From NCBI GenBank assembly GCA_048938005.1, contig JBHLMQ010000018.1, positions 1 to 51,211 on the forward strand: a stretch of 51,211 nt of DNA. The letters run 5' to 3'. Source of the stretch: Promethearchaeota archaeon. Lineage in GTDB: Archaea > Asgardarchaeota > Lokiarchaeia > Sigyniarchaeales > SOKP01. The stretch's first letter is position 1. Each line of letters begins with the position of its first letter. The translations under genes and the position numbers were made by a program. Below, piece after piece: positions 8,886 through 19,300 of this stretch. A model generated the notes under the pieces. That model saw only the letters and a list, made by a program, of their open reading frames with translations. It searched no databases and was not told where the DNA came from.

Positions 8886-10084
8886 TGATTTATATTGATC
8901 AAGATAAATGCATTGGATGTGGCGAGTGCGTTGATGCATGTATATTTGGCTCTATGTCCCTTATAGGTAATTTTCCCTCAATTTCAGAAGACTGCCGCTT
9001 GTGTGGAGCGTGTGCCAGAATTTGCCGCTATAATGCTATAATCATTAAACGAAAAAAAAAGAAGAAAATTACTGAGTGGAAAGGTGTCCTTATTTTCGGG
9101 GAACAACGAGATGGAGAAATTTTAGAAGTTGTGTATGAGTTGTTAGGTAAGGGTAAAATGTTAGCTGATAAACTTAATGAATCTCTTTTATGCATTATAT
9201 TAGGAAATTCAGTAAAAAGAATCAATGATTTAAAATTTTATGGAGCAGATGAGATACATTACTTTAACGATAATAACCTTGAGATGTTTAATTGTGAAAT
9301 TTACTCAAAAATAATTTCCAATTTCGTTAAAAATATAAAACCAAGCATATTTTTAATAGGTGCAACCTCCATTGGACGAGAATTAGGTCCTAGAATAGCC
9401 GCGAAACTTAAAACAGGATTAACTGCAGATTGTACTGATCTAGAGATAAATAAGGAAGGATTATTGCTACAAACTAGACCTGCATTTGGAGGAAATATCA
9501 TGGCATCTATAATATGCCCATATTCAAGACCACAAATGGCTACTGTACGCCCAAAAGTCATGAAAATAAAGGAGAACAAAAACGGAGAGGGAGATGTAAT
9601 TAATCATCATGTAAATTCAGAGTTCGTAAAATCAAGAATTATAACATTAAGCGAAATGAAATACAATGAACACTATAACATAGAAAATGCTGATATTATA
9701 GTTTCAGGAGGATTAGGATTAGGTAAAAAAGAAGGTTTTATTTTATTGCAAGAACTTGCAGATGAATTAAACGGAGCAATTGCTGCAAGTAGACCTGCCG
9801 TTGATGCTGGATGGGCTGATCCTACTGTTCAAGTTGGAATGTCTGGTAAAATTGTACAACCACATTTATATATTGCTTGTGGAATATCTGGAGCGGTGCA
9901 ACATCGAGTTGGTATGGAAACATCCGATGTTATTGTTGCTATAAATAAAGATGAACGAGCTCCTATTTTTGAAATTGCAGATTTCGGAATAGTGGCCGAT
10001 TTGTATGATTTTCTTCCAAAATTTATCCAAAATCTAAAAAAAAATAAAAATGATATTTTTGTTTCAAAAAAAAAAATTAGATAA
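8885..10084 (+). CDS. etfA: Electron transfer flavoprotein alpha subunit with N-terminal 2x[4Fe-4S] ferredoxin domain
   Basis: CIGCGECVDAC and CRLCGACARIC; GLTADCT, RPAFGG, ASRPAVDAGW, QVGMSG, GISGAVQH and AINKD motifs; TAATG overlap with etfB. Confidence 0.95.
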   Translation: MIYIDQDKCIGCGECVDACIFGSMSLIGNFPSISEDCRLCGACARICRYNAIIIKRKKKKKITEWKGVLIFGEQRDGEILEVVYELLGKGKMLADKLNESLLCIILGNSVKRINDLKFYGADEIHYFNDNNLEMFNCEIYSKIISNFVKNIKPSIFLIGATSIGRELGPRIAAKLKTGLTADCTDLEINKEGLLLQTRPAFGGNIMASIICPYSRPQMATVRPKVMKIKENKNGEGDVINHHVNSEFVKSRIITLSEMKYNEHYNIENADIIVSGGLGLGKKEGFILLQELADELNGAIAASRPAVDAGWADPTVQVGMSGKIVQPHLYIACGISGAVQHRVGMETSDVIVAINKDERAPIFEIADFGIVADLYDFLPKFIQNLKKNKNDIFVSKKKIR

Positions 10085-10138
10085 TTTTTTACTAATTAGG
10101 TTTAAATAGATAATGAGATATTTTAAATTGATTAAGAG

Positions 10139-11788
10139 ATGTCAAATTCAGTTTTAAGAGTTATAATAGCTCAAATAAATCCAGTTGTGGGAGATATTGA
10201 ATTTAATGAGAAAAAGATTGCGGAGATAATTCGAAAGAATCAAGATGTTGATATTATTATCTTTCCAGAAATGTCTTTAGTTGGTTATCCTCTTATGGAT
10301 CACATACTTGATCCTTTAATTCAGGAAAAGAATCTACATGCAATTGAAAATATAAAGAAATTGGACTCCAAAGCAACAATAATTCTTGGAACTTTTACAA
10401 AACCTCCTGAATTAAGAGGAAAAATCCAGCAATTTTATAATTCCGCTCTCATTATCGAAGGAAATGAAGTGATCCATATTGAAAACAAACGGCTATTACC
10501 CAATTATGATGTATTTGATGAAAGAAGATATTTTTCTTTTGACGATAAATTTGAACCAGTCAATATAAAAGGTGTAAAGTGTGGTATTTTAATATGTGAA
10601 GATATATGGGATGAGTATTATAAAACAAAAGTTGCTGAAAACCTCGTAGATAATGGTGCTGAATTATTAATTGTTATAAATGCTTCCCCTTACCATATTA
10701 ACAAATTTAAATTAAGAGCAGATTTAGTTTGTCAAAAATCTAAGAATCTTTCTGTTCCTATTGCATATATTAATATGGTTGGGGGAATTGATGAAATAGT
10801 TTATGACGGTCAAAGTTTTATAACAAACAGTTTTGGTCAGATTATCTATAAAGCAAAAGAATTTGAAGAAGATGTTCCTATGATTGAGTTAGAAATAGGA
10901 GGGACGCCTTTAGATTCTTTGCAATATTTTGAGAATGATTGGAGAGATGATGTGCTTAGAGCCCTTAGATTAAACTTATATGATTATTTTCACAAAAGTG
11001 GTATATTTAATGGTGTTGTTTTAGGATTGAGTGGAGGAATTGACTCCGCATTTACTGCCTATATATGTGCTACAGCATTAGGATCTGAAAAAGTTACATG
11101 TCTTATGATGCCAACAAGATTCACATCTCAGAAGAGTATTGATTTAGCTCGAGAACTTTGTGAAAATTTAAAGATAAAATATGTAATATATCCTATAGAT
11201 GATCTTTTTGCTGTGTATGAAAAAGAGATGGAAAAAAATCTTGGAAAACAACCTTTTGGTGTAGCGGATGAGAATCTTCAAGCACGAATTAGAGCAAATA
11301 TTTTAATGTATTATTCAAATAAATATAATTGGTTATTAGTATCAACTGGAAATAAATCTGAAATTGCTGTAGGGTATTGCACTCTTTATGGAGATACATG
11401 TGGTGGAAAAAATATCCCTGGAGATCTTTTGAAGGTCCAGATATATGATATTTGCAATTGGATAAATCAAAAAGAAGAGATAATTCCTAAAGGAATAATA
11501 GAAAGACCTCCAACTGCTGAGCTCCGTGAGAATCAGAAAGATAGTGATTCTTTACCGCCATATGATATTTTAGATATAATATTAGAAGAAATTATTGAAA
11601 ATGGAATTGGATCAGAATTTAAGAATTTGAAAAGTAAAGATTTTGATATAAATACTATTAATAAAGTGAGAAAACTCTATTTAAATTCGGAGTATAAACG
11701 CAGGCAATTAGTGCAAACAATTAAGGTAAGTGAGAGTGCATTTGGAATTGGGAGACGATATCCGGTATTAAAAAAAATAAAATTTTAA
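10139..11788 (+). CDS. nadE: Glutamine-dependent NAD+ synthetase (nitrilase plus synthetase domains)
   Basis: Nitrilase triad in FPEM, KRLLPNYDVFDERRYF and ICEDIW; synthetase motifs LSGGIDS, ENLQARIR, TGNKSE, GYCTLYGD and PPTAEL. Confidence 0.95.
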   Translation: MSNSVLRVIIAQINPVVGDIEFNEKKIAEIIRKNQDVDIIIFPEMSLVGYPLMDHILDPLIQEKNLHAIENIKKLDSKATIILGTFTKPPELRGKIQQFYNSALIIEGNEVIHIENKRLLPNYDVFDERRYFSFDDKFEPVNIKGVKCGILICEDIWDEYYKTKVAENLVDNGAELLIVINASPYHINKFKLRADLVCQKSKNLSVPIAYINMVGGIDEIVYDGQSFITNSFGQIIYKAKEFEEDVPMIELEIGGTPLDSLQYFENDWRDDVLRALRLNLYDYFHKSGIFNGVVLGLSGGIDSAFTAYICATALGSEKVTCLMMPTRFTSQKSIDLARELCENLKIKYVIYPIDDLFAVYEKEMEKNLGKQPFGVADENLQARIRANILMYYSNKYNWLLVSTGNKSEIAVGYCTLYGDTCGGKNIPGDLLKVQIYDICNWINQKEEIIPKGIIERPPTAELRENQKDSDSLPPYDILDIILEEIIENGIGSEFKNLKSKDFDINTINKVRKLYLNSEYKRRQLVQTIKVSESAFGIGRRYPVLKKIKF

Positions 11789-11941
11789 TAAATTTATTAT
11801 AGTTTTTGTTAATATTCAAATTTTTCTTCTGAAATGTATTCATTAATAGCTAATGATGAATCTATAACTTTTTTAAAGGTAGTTGATTATTCCTTATAAT
11901 TTTTAAAATTTTTTTAAAATTAATGAGGAAGGAATTTAAAA

Positions 11942-12478
11942 ATGGCTGAAACTAAAGATTGGGTTTTTATATTTCCTATTATTGCAGCTGCCGTGCTATT
12001 GATATCACTCCTTTTTCCAATAATGGCAGTAAGAATCTTTTACTCTGGAATTATTGATCCTGCTATAGTTGGAGATTTGTCACCATTTGGAGGAGGGATC
12101 ATGGATGAACTTGCTCCTTATCTCTTATTAGTTCCTGATTTATCAAGTCTTCAAACGGGGTTCTTATGGATTGGCATTGCTTTTGCAATTTTTTTTATTC
12201 TTGGAGCCCTACTTCTAATAATTTCAGGAATTCGTGTTAAAACTGGTAATAAAGAACTTAAGAAAGCAAGAAGGAAATGGTTAAGAAATGGAATATCTTA
12301 TATCGTCACTGAATTAATCTTATTTTTTAGTTTAGCATATGGTGTTCAATTCGGCTTAGAACAACTAGGTCTCAGTGGAATTGAAGTAAATTTTTTTATG
12401 AGAACAGGTATGTTTTTAATAATCGGTGCTGGAGGAATTTTAATTTTAGCATATATCTTAGCTAAAGCAGCAGGATAA
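11942..12478 (+). CDS. Hypothetical integral membrane protein (about 4 TM segments)
   Basis: 178-aa ORF with four hydrophobic stretches; GAGGAAGG upstream. Confidence 0.75.
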   Translation: MAETKDWVFIFPIIAAAVLLISLLFPIMAVRIFYSGIIDPAIVGDLSPFGGGIMDELAPYLLLVPDLSSLQTGFLWIGIAFAIFFILGALLLIISGIRVKTGNKELKKARRKWLRNGISYIVTELILFFSLAYGVQFGLEQLGLSGIEVNFFMRTGMFLIIGAGGILILAYILAKAAG

Positions 12479-12513
12479 TTTAAATAATTCTTAATTTTTT
12501 TTTTAAAGCATTT

Positions 12514-14334
12514 TTATGTTTTGTTTTGTACTATCTCTTTCATTTTTTCAATGTACTCAAGGCTCTGATGCCTGAAGTACGTGTTATAAAGCTCAGCATA
12601 CATCCCACCTTTAGCCATTAACTCATCATGATTACCCTCTTCTACAATTTTTCCATGATCAAGTACAATAATCCTGTCTACATGACGTACTGTCCAGAGA
12701 CGATGAGCAATTATGATTGATGTTCGCCCTTCAATTGTTTTTTGTAAAGCATCTTGGATTCGGGTTTCAGTGAAAGGATCTACTGAAGCAGTAGCCTCAT
12801 CTAAAATAAGTACCGCCGGATTTTCTAACAGGACACGAGCAAAAACAATTAATTGTCGTTGTCCCATTGAAATTAAGCTACCTCTTTCACCAGTTTTAGT
12901 TTCTAATCCCCTTGACAAATCTCTTATCCAATCAGAACCACTCGTTGAATCCAAGGCTTTATAAACATCTCTTCTTGTTGCTTTTCTATTACCATATTTT
13001 ATGTTATTTTTTATAGTATCTGCCCAAAGGAAGGGAGTCTGTGGAATTATTCCCACTTGTTTCCGGTATTCCATAAGATCATAATTTCTTATACTTATCC
13101 CATCTACTAAGATATCTCCTTCTTGAAATTCATAAAATCTCGCTAAAAGTTTTGCTAAGCTTGATTTTCCAGCTCCAGTATGACCAACAATAGCTAGTGA
13201 TTCTCCAGATTTAATTTTTAAGTTAAAATTCTGAAAAACTTCTTTTGATTCTTCATATTTAAAAGTAAGATTTTGAAATTCAATTTCACCATTAAGTTTA
13301 GATGGTTTTATATTTTCTTTTTGAATTACTAAAGGTAATGTATCTATGAGAGCAAATATTCTTTCTGAAGCAGCCATACCAGTTTGAAAAGTAGGCCAAA
13401 AAGAAGCTAAAGTTAATAATGGAAAGAATAAATATGTTAAACCTTGTATGAATAAGCTTAATTCTCCCACATTTATATTATTTCCTAAAATACCACTTCC
13501 ACCATAAAAAACTAATAACGTTAATACTATACCTTGGATAATACCTAATGATGGAAATATAGCATTAAGTACAAAAGCTCGTCGTAAGTTAACACTATAA
13601 GATGTCGTATTTACCTCATTAAAATTATTATATAATTTCTCCTCTTGTCGAAATGTTTTCGCTATTTGAATACCGGAAAAACTTTCTTTAACAAATGCAT
13701 TGACAGAAGCTAGGGCTCTTTGACCTAAGAGTGTTTTTGATCTAGCTATTTTTCTAAAAGATAATGCTAAAATAAAAAAGAATGGAAAAGTGATGATTGT
13801 AATCAGTGTTAGTATAAAATTGATAAATGACATAATAATGAGTAGAAAGCTAATAATTAATAAAGATGAAATCAATTGAAGAGTTAGATCCGCAGTTTGT
13901 CCCCAGTCTCTAGAATCAGAATTTACACGACTCACTATTTTTCCAATTGGATTTCGGTCGAAAAAAGATAGATCATGATTTAAAATAGCCTGCCCAGCAT
14001 TTCGTCTTAAGTCTAATACAACATTTCCGATAACTTCTGCAGTATATCTCACTGTAAAATAATTAAAAACCCAAGAAAGTAGATTTATTATAAGAATAAT
14101 ACTAATTAAGAAAATAATATATGTGAAATTTCTAATTGTTTCTAAACTATTAATTGCTATACTAACAAGAACAGGCACAATGGCAGAAATGAGTGAAGAA
14201 ATTGTTAAGAAAAGAATCACAATTGTCATTGAACGTTTATAAGGGCTGAAATAATGAAAGATCCGCTTTAATAAAACTTTATTCTTATAGACGCGGTCAT
14301 ATTCTTCTGCTTCTAAACCAACGTACATCCCCAT
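12514..14334 (-). CDS. ABC exporter TMD-NBD half, consensus Walker B subunit of a heterodimer
   Basis: Multi-TM N-terminus; Walker A GHTGAGKS, degenerate signature ISMGQ, Walker B ILDEA, AHRL. Confidence 0.95.
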   Translation of the reverse strand: MGMYVGLEAEEYDRVYKNKVLLKRIFHYFSPYKRSMTIVILFLTISSLISAIVPVLVSIAINSLETIRNFTYIIFLISIILIINLLSWVFNYFTVRYTAEVIGNVVLDLRRNAGQAILNHDLSFFDRNPIGKIVSRVNSDSRDWGQTADLTLQLISSLLIISFLLIIMSFINFILTLITIITFPFFFILALSFRKIARSKTLLGQRALASVNAFVKESFSGIQIAKTFRQEEKLYNNFNEVNTTSYSVNLRRAFVLNAIFPSLGIIQGIVLTLLVFYGGSGILGNNINVGELSLFIQGLTYLFFPLLTLASFWPTFQTGMAASERIFALIDTLPLVIQKENIKPSKLNGEIEFQNLTFKYEESKEVFQNFNLKIKSGESLAIVGHTGAGKSSLAKLLARFYEFQEGDILVDGISIRNYDLMEYRKQVGIIPQTPFLWADTIKNNIKYGNRKATRRDVYKALDSTSGSDWIRDLSRGLETKTGERGSLISMGQRQLIVFARVLLENPAVLILDEATASVDPFTETRIQDALQKTIEGRTSIIIAHRLWTVRHVDRIIVLDHGKIVEEGNHDELMAKGGMYAELYNTYFRHQSLEYIEKMKEIVQNKT

Positions 14335-16173
14335 TTAGGAAACCTCTTCTTGTTTTATTAATTGATCAACATCTACATCAAATTTTTTTATGAATATTTT
14401 TTGATATTCTTCTGATGATTTCAAAAGATCTTCATGAGTTCCCATTGCAGAAATTTCACCTTTTCTCAACACAATTATTAAATCAGCCCATCGAATTTGA
14501 GAGAGCCTATGCGTTATAAGAATTGTAGTTCTATCTTTGAGAATATTTCGAATTGCTCGTTGTATTTTATCCTCGGTATTGGAATCGATTGCTGAAGTCG
14601 AATCATCTAAGATAAGAATTTTTGGGTTAGAGAGAAAAGCACGAGCAATTGCTATCCTTTGCCTCTCACCTCCACTGAGTTGAACTCCTCTTTCGCCTAC
14701 CTCTGATCCATACTGATTTGGAAATTCCATGATAAATTCATTAGCTTGAGCTTCATTAGCCACCTGAATAATTTCATCTATTGAGGAAGTTCTACCAAAT
14801 GATATATTATTGAATATTGTATCAGAGAACAGGAAGACATCTTGCTCAATGAATGAGATCTGGCTTCTTAATGATTCTAGGGAATATTCTCGTATATCTA
14901 TATTATCAATTAAAATTTTACCTTCATTCACATCATATAAACGGGATATCAATTTAGTTAGAGTAGATTTCCCAGATCCCGTAGTACCAACAAGAGCTAC
15001 GGTTTGACCTGGATGAATACTAAAACTAATATTTTTTAGCACGGGTTTTTTACTTTCAGGATATGTAAATGACACTCCTTCGAATTTAATATTCCCTTCT
15101 ATTATCTTTTTAACACCTTTTATGTTTTCATCAATTTCTGTTTCTCTATTCATTAATTCAAGTAATCTTTCAGAGCTTGTAATAGCTAGACGAATGACTG
15201 CAAACACAAAAATAGAGATGAAAGTCGGAAAGCGTAATTGAGCCATTAATCCGTAATATGCTATAATTTCTCCTATACTTATCAAATTTAAGAAATTTAA
15301 AATAATTGCATGAGTAAATCCTAATGTGAGTGATATAGATAAAAAGAGTATTGGAAGGTATTTTGCTTGGACCCTTCCTTGATCTATGTAAGCATTTCGA
15401 TACCATTTAGCCTTTGAATAATATTTTTCCATTTCTTTAGCTTCTTGAACAGTAGCTTTGACTACTTCGATTCCAGTAAGAGTTTCATTTAGAGTGGAAT
15501 TCATCAATCCGAATGATCCTCTTAATCTTCCCGTAATTGGCCCTAATTTACGAACATACGACCTTAATGAAAATACAAAGAGTACAGAGAACAATAAAGG
15601 GGCAAATATTAATTGAGGAGGATAAAAAATTACAATATAAATTAGCGGTATAACTAAAGCTGTAAATGATTCAAAAATTAAAGAAAGAGCGGGACTTATT
15701 AAAAAATTAAGCATTCGAACATCATCGGTCACTCTAGCCATTAGCTCTCCAATTTTTTGTTGATCGTGAAATGATTGACTCTTACCCAGAAGGTTTGTAT
15801 AGAATTCTTTCCTACAATCTCTCTCCATTCTTTGTGCTATTACTTCTCGCAACATATAATTTGCTAATCTCATTAATGGAGTTCCTATACTTAATAATAA
15901 GATAATCATAGTATAGTTGATTAATGCAGAATAATTTCCAATTAAAAAATCAGATATAGCATTCCCAATAATAACATAAATAATAGAAGATAAATTCGAT
16001 GAAACTATAGTCGTAAATAAAACAACAATAAATAGAATCTTATTAGAACCATGAAAAATATGTTTTAATATCCATCTTCGAGTTCCTTTTTTCCGAGCTT
16101 TTTTAAAAGGATCTTTTCCAGGAGAGAATTCCATATAGCTTGCTATAATATGTGTAGATTTTCTTTCAGTCAT
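14335..16173 (-). CDS. ABC exporter TMD-NBD half, degenerate Walker B subunit of a heterodimer
   Basis: Walker A GTTGSGKS, signature LSGGE, Walker B ILDDS (Asp in place of catalytic Glu). Abuts the partner gene. ATG at 16173 (MTERK) preferred; 16242 also possible. Confidence 0.93.
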   Translation of the reverse strand: MTERKSTHIIASYMEFSPGKDPFKKARKKGTRRWILKHIFHGSNKILFIVVLFTTIVSSNLSSIIYVIIGNAISDFLIGNYSALINYTMIILLLSIGTPLMRLANYMLREVIAQRMERDCRKEFYTNLLGKSQSFHDQQKIGELMARVTDDVRMLNFLISPALSLIFESFTALVIPLIYIVIFYPPQLIFAPLLFSVLFVFSLRSYVRKLGPITGRLRGSFGLMNSTLNETLTGIEVVKATVQEAKEMEKYYSKAKWYRNAYIDQGRVQAKYLPILFLSISLTLGFTHAIILNFLNLISIGEIIAYYGLMAQLRFPTFISIFVFAVIRLAITSSERLLELMNRETEIDENIKGVKKIIEGNIKFEGVSFTYPESKKPVLKNISFSIHPGQTVALVGTTGSGKSTLTKLISRLYDVNEGKILIDNIDIREYSLESLRSQISFIEQDVFLFSDTIFNNISFGRTSSIDEIIQVANEAQANEFIMEFPNQYGSEVGERGVQLSGGERQRIAIARAFLSNPKILILDDSTSAIDSNTEDKIQRAIRNILKDRTTILITHRLSQIRWADLIIVLRKGEISAMGTHEDLLKSSEEYQKIFIKKFDVDVDQLIKQEEVS

Positions 16174-16392
16174 TAATACCGTAATTAAAATAAAACTTTT
16201 AGATTTATATTGAAGTTGTTGTTTTTTTCTAGAATTATTCAAAATATAATATTTTTTAGTTAATATTATAAAAATTGGTTAAATAAATAAGAAAAGACTT
16301 TTGGATATTTTCAAAGATTCCTATGATATTCTAATTTATATAGAAAAACTTTTATGTTTTTAATAACGGTTGAGGATTTATAATCTGGTTTT

Positions 16393-19300
16393 ATGAGAAA
16401 AAAAAATAAAATTCTATTATTGTCATTTGTCTTAATAATTAATGGAATGATTTTATTCTCATCAGTATTTAAAGATAATTTAATCAAATCTGAGATTGAC
16501 AAAGGAACTCAGGGTCCTGGAAATCTCCATTTCAAAAATTTTAAAATCTCAGACTATTCTCCTAACTACCTAGGGATCGGCGAAAAAGTTAATATTACTC
16601 TACAACAGTCATTATTAAATAACTCATTAATTAGTTTTTCAGATTTAGATATAGACAATACTTTTACCGAACCGTGTCCAACAGTAAACAATTTTAATAG
16701 TTCATTTATAAATATCTTGATTGAAGATATTAAAGCAGATAATATTTCATCTGTAGTCCAAAATAATCCAGATGATGGTGAAATTGATTGTGCTACAACG
16801 CGTTTAACCTCATTTTCTGTAAGTGCAAATTCTTATATTATTAATGCCTCTATAAACATTAGACGTACAGCTAACCCGACAGGTGATATTTATTTATATG
16901 CATCGTCCTGGAATTCTGTTTTGAACAGAAGCGAACCAACGGGTATACCTACTACAATAGGTACTATCACCCCAACTGTTAATGGTTGGTTATATATAGA
17001 TTTAATAGATACCTTTTTAAATAACTCAAATACAGATAATAAAACTTGGTTTTTTGGAGTAGTTAGAACTTCAGGTGGAGGTTCAATCCAATGGCGTTAT
17101 ACCGATGATAGTCCTATGAACAATAATTCATATGCCTATTATACAAATGCAGGGTGGATATATGAACCAAGAGATTATTTATTAGAGATTGGACTGGCAC
17201 CTATAAATACAACACCTAATCCCCAAGATATTGGTTTAAAAATAAATAATACTCAAGTTATAAATTATGGTGTGGGTTCAGGATATTGGACATCTATAGG
17301 GGAATTCCAAAGTAGTTCAGGGATTTTGAGTTTTAAAATAGTTTCAGATTGGAAAGCTTTATCTTTAAATATTACAGAAGTTCAAATTAATTATACTAAG
17401 ACAGATTTACAAGCTAGCTCAGAATTTAATGTTTTCAAAGGAGCAAGTAAAATATCTTGGAATGTAAGTAGGACTGGTGGATTTAATTATTTTGATCCTA
17501 AAATTAACGATCATACAACAATTAATTTTACAATTCCGGCCAATTGGAATGATATAAATGTATTTAACAGCACTGTAAATAAGACTAATAATATATTAAT
17601 TCGAAATCTTAATAACGTTTATAAAGAAGTTCAAGTATTAAATGCTGGGAATGGTACTTTTTGGTTCTTGAATGCTACTTCTTCAAATTTGCTACAATCA
17701 ATTGATACATTTGAAAATTCAAATCCAACAACTATATTTAATTATTCAAGTATAATTCATTTCAATGCTACTTTTTCTAAAAAAATTGCCCAGAATGATG
17801 GTATTATTAATTTAAGCGTGTATAGTCCTGCTGCTATTAATGATGAGTTAAATTTCACTGAGACCTATACATCATTTGGTCCAGCATCTAAAATTTCACT
17901 AAATGATTGGGATGTTTCTGATAATATAACTCAATACGGAATTTTTCGTGTGCAGGTCTCATGGAATAACGATAGTGATGCTGGATTTCTTGAAAAAAAC
18001 ATAACAATTATAGGGGAAACAGATCTTACTCTCATTAAACCACTCCAAAACGCTTCATTTAATTCTGATCAAATCTTTAATATTACTGTCTATTTCCATG
18101 ATTCTGGTTTAAACAAATCGATTGATGGAACTCTTTGGTATAGTATTAATAGCGAGATTTGGCAATCTACAATTAATAATAATGGAACTACGGGTTACTA
18201 TAATATCACAATAGATTGTAGTACGCTTTATCCTTATGGTCCTCAAAATGTATCATTATCATTAAATCAAACTTATTACTATAACAAATCTCTCGATTAT
18301 TATTTCAATCTGATAGGAATATCAGAATTAACACTAATATCTCCTGCTCAAAATTCATTTTTCACACCTAATCAGAGATTTAACATTACAGTTTATTATA
18401 ATGATACTTTGAATAATCAACCCATTAATGGTACTATGTGGTATAGTATTAACGGGGAAACATGGGAATCTACGACAAATAATAATGGAACTACTGGGTA
18501 TTATAATATTACAATAGATTGTAGTAAGCTTTATTCTTATGGTTCTCAAAATGTATCCATCTCAATAAATCATACATCTTATCAGAATAAAACACTCGAA
18601 TATAAATTTTCCGTGGTAGGTTTATCAGAATTAACATTAGTAGCTCCTAATCAAAATGCTACCTTCTATTCAGATCAATTTTTTAAGGTGTCTGTTTATT
18701 ATAATGATACTATAAATGATAAGCCAATTAACGGTACTATGTGGTATAGTATTAATGGGGGAGTATGGCAATCAACCACCAAAAATAATGGCACTGATGG
18801 ATACTATAATATTTCTATTGATTGTAGTATTCTTGTTCCCTACGGTCCTCAAAGTGTTTCAATCTCATTAAATCATACTGATTACCAGAATAAAACTCTT
18901 GTTTATAATTTTAAAGTAATAGGAGTATCAGATCTGACATTAATAACACCTAATCAAAATGCTACCTTCTATTCAGATCAAATTTTTAATATCACTGTTT
19001 ATTATAATAGTACTACGAATAACCAACCAATTAACGGTACTATGTGGTACAGCATCAATGGGGGATCTTGGCAATATACGGCAGACAATAACGGCACTAC
19101 AGGATATTACAGTATTACAATAGAATGCAATACTTTCGATCCTTACGGTCCTCAAAGTGTATCAATCTCATTAAATCAAACTTATTACCAAAATAAAACC
19201 CTATATTTCAATTTCACGATTATTGGATTAACTGAATTGATATTAATAAGTCCTTCCCAAAACCAATTATTCAGTACAAATCAAACCTTCAGTATGATCG

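Noticed and set aside
9052-10076. Poly-A runs in etfA as phase-variation or frameshift sites
   Set aside because: The frame stays intact and they encode Lys-rich linker and tail; such runs are common throughout this AT-rich window.
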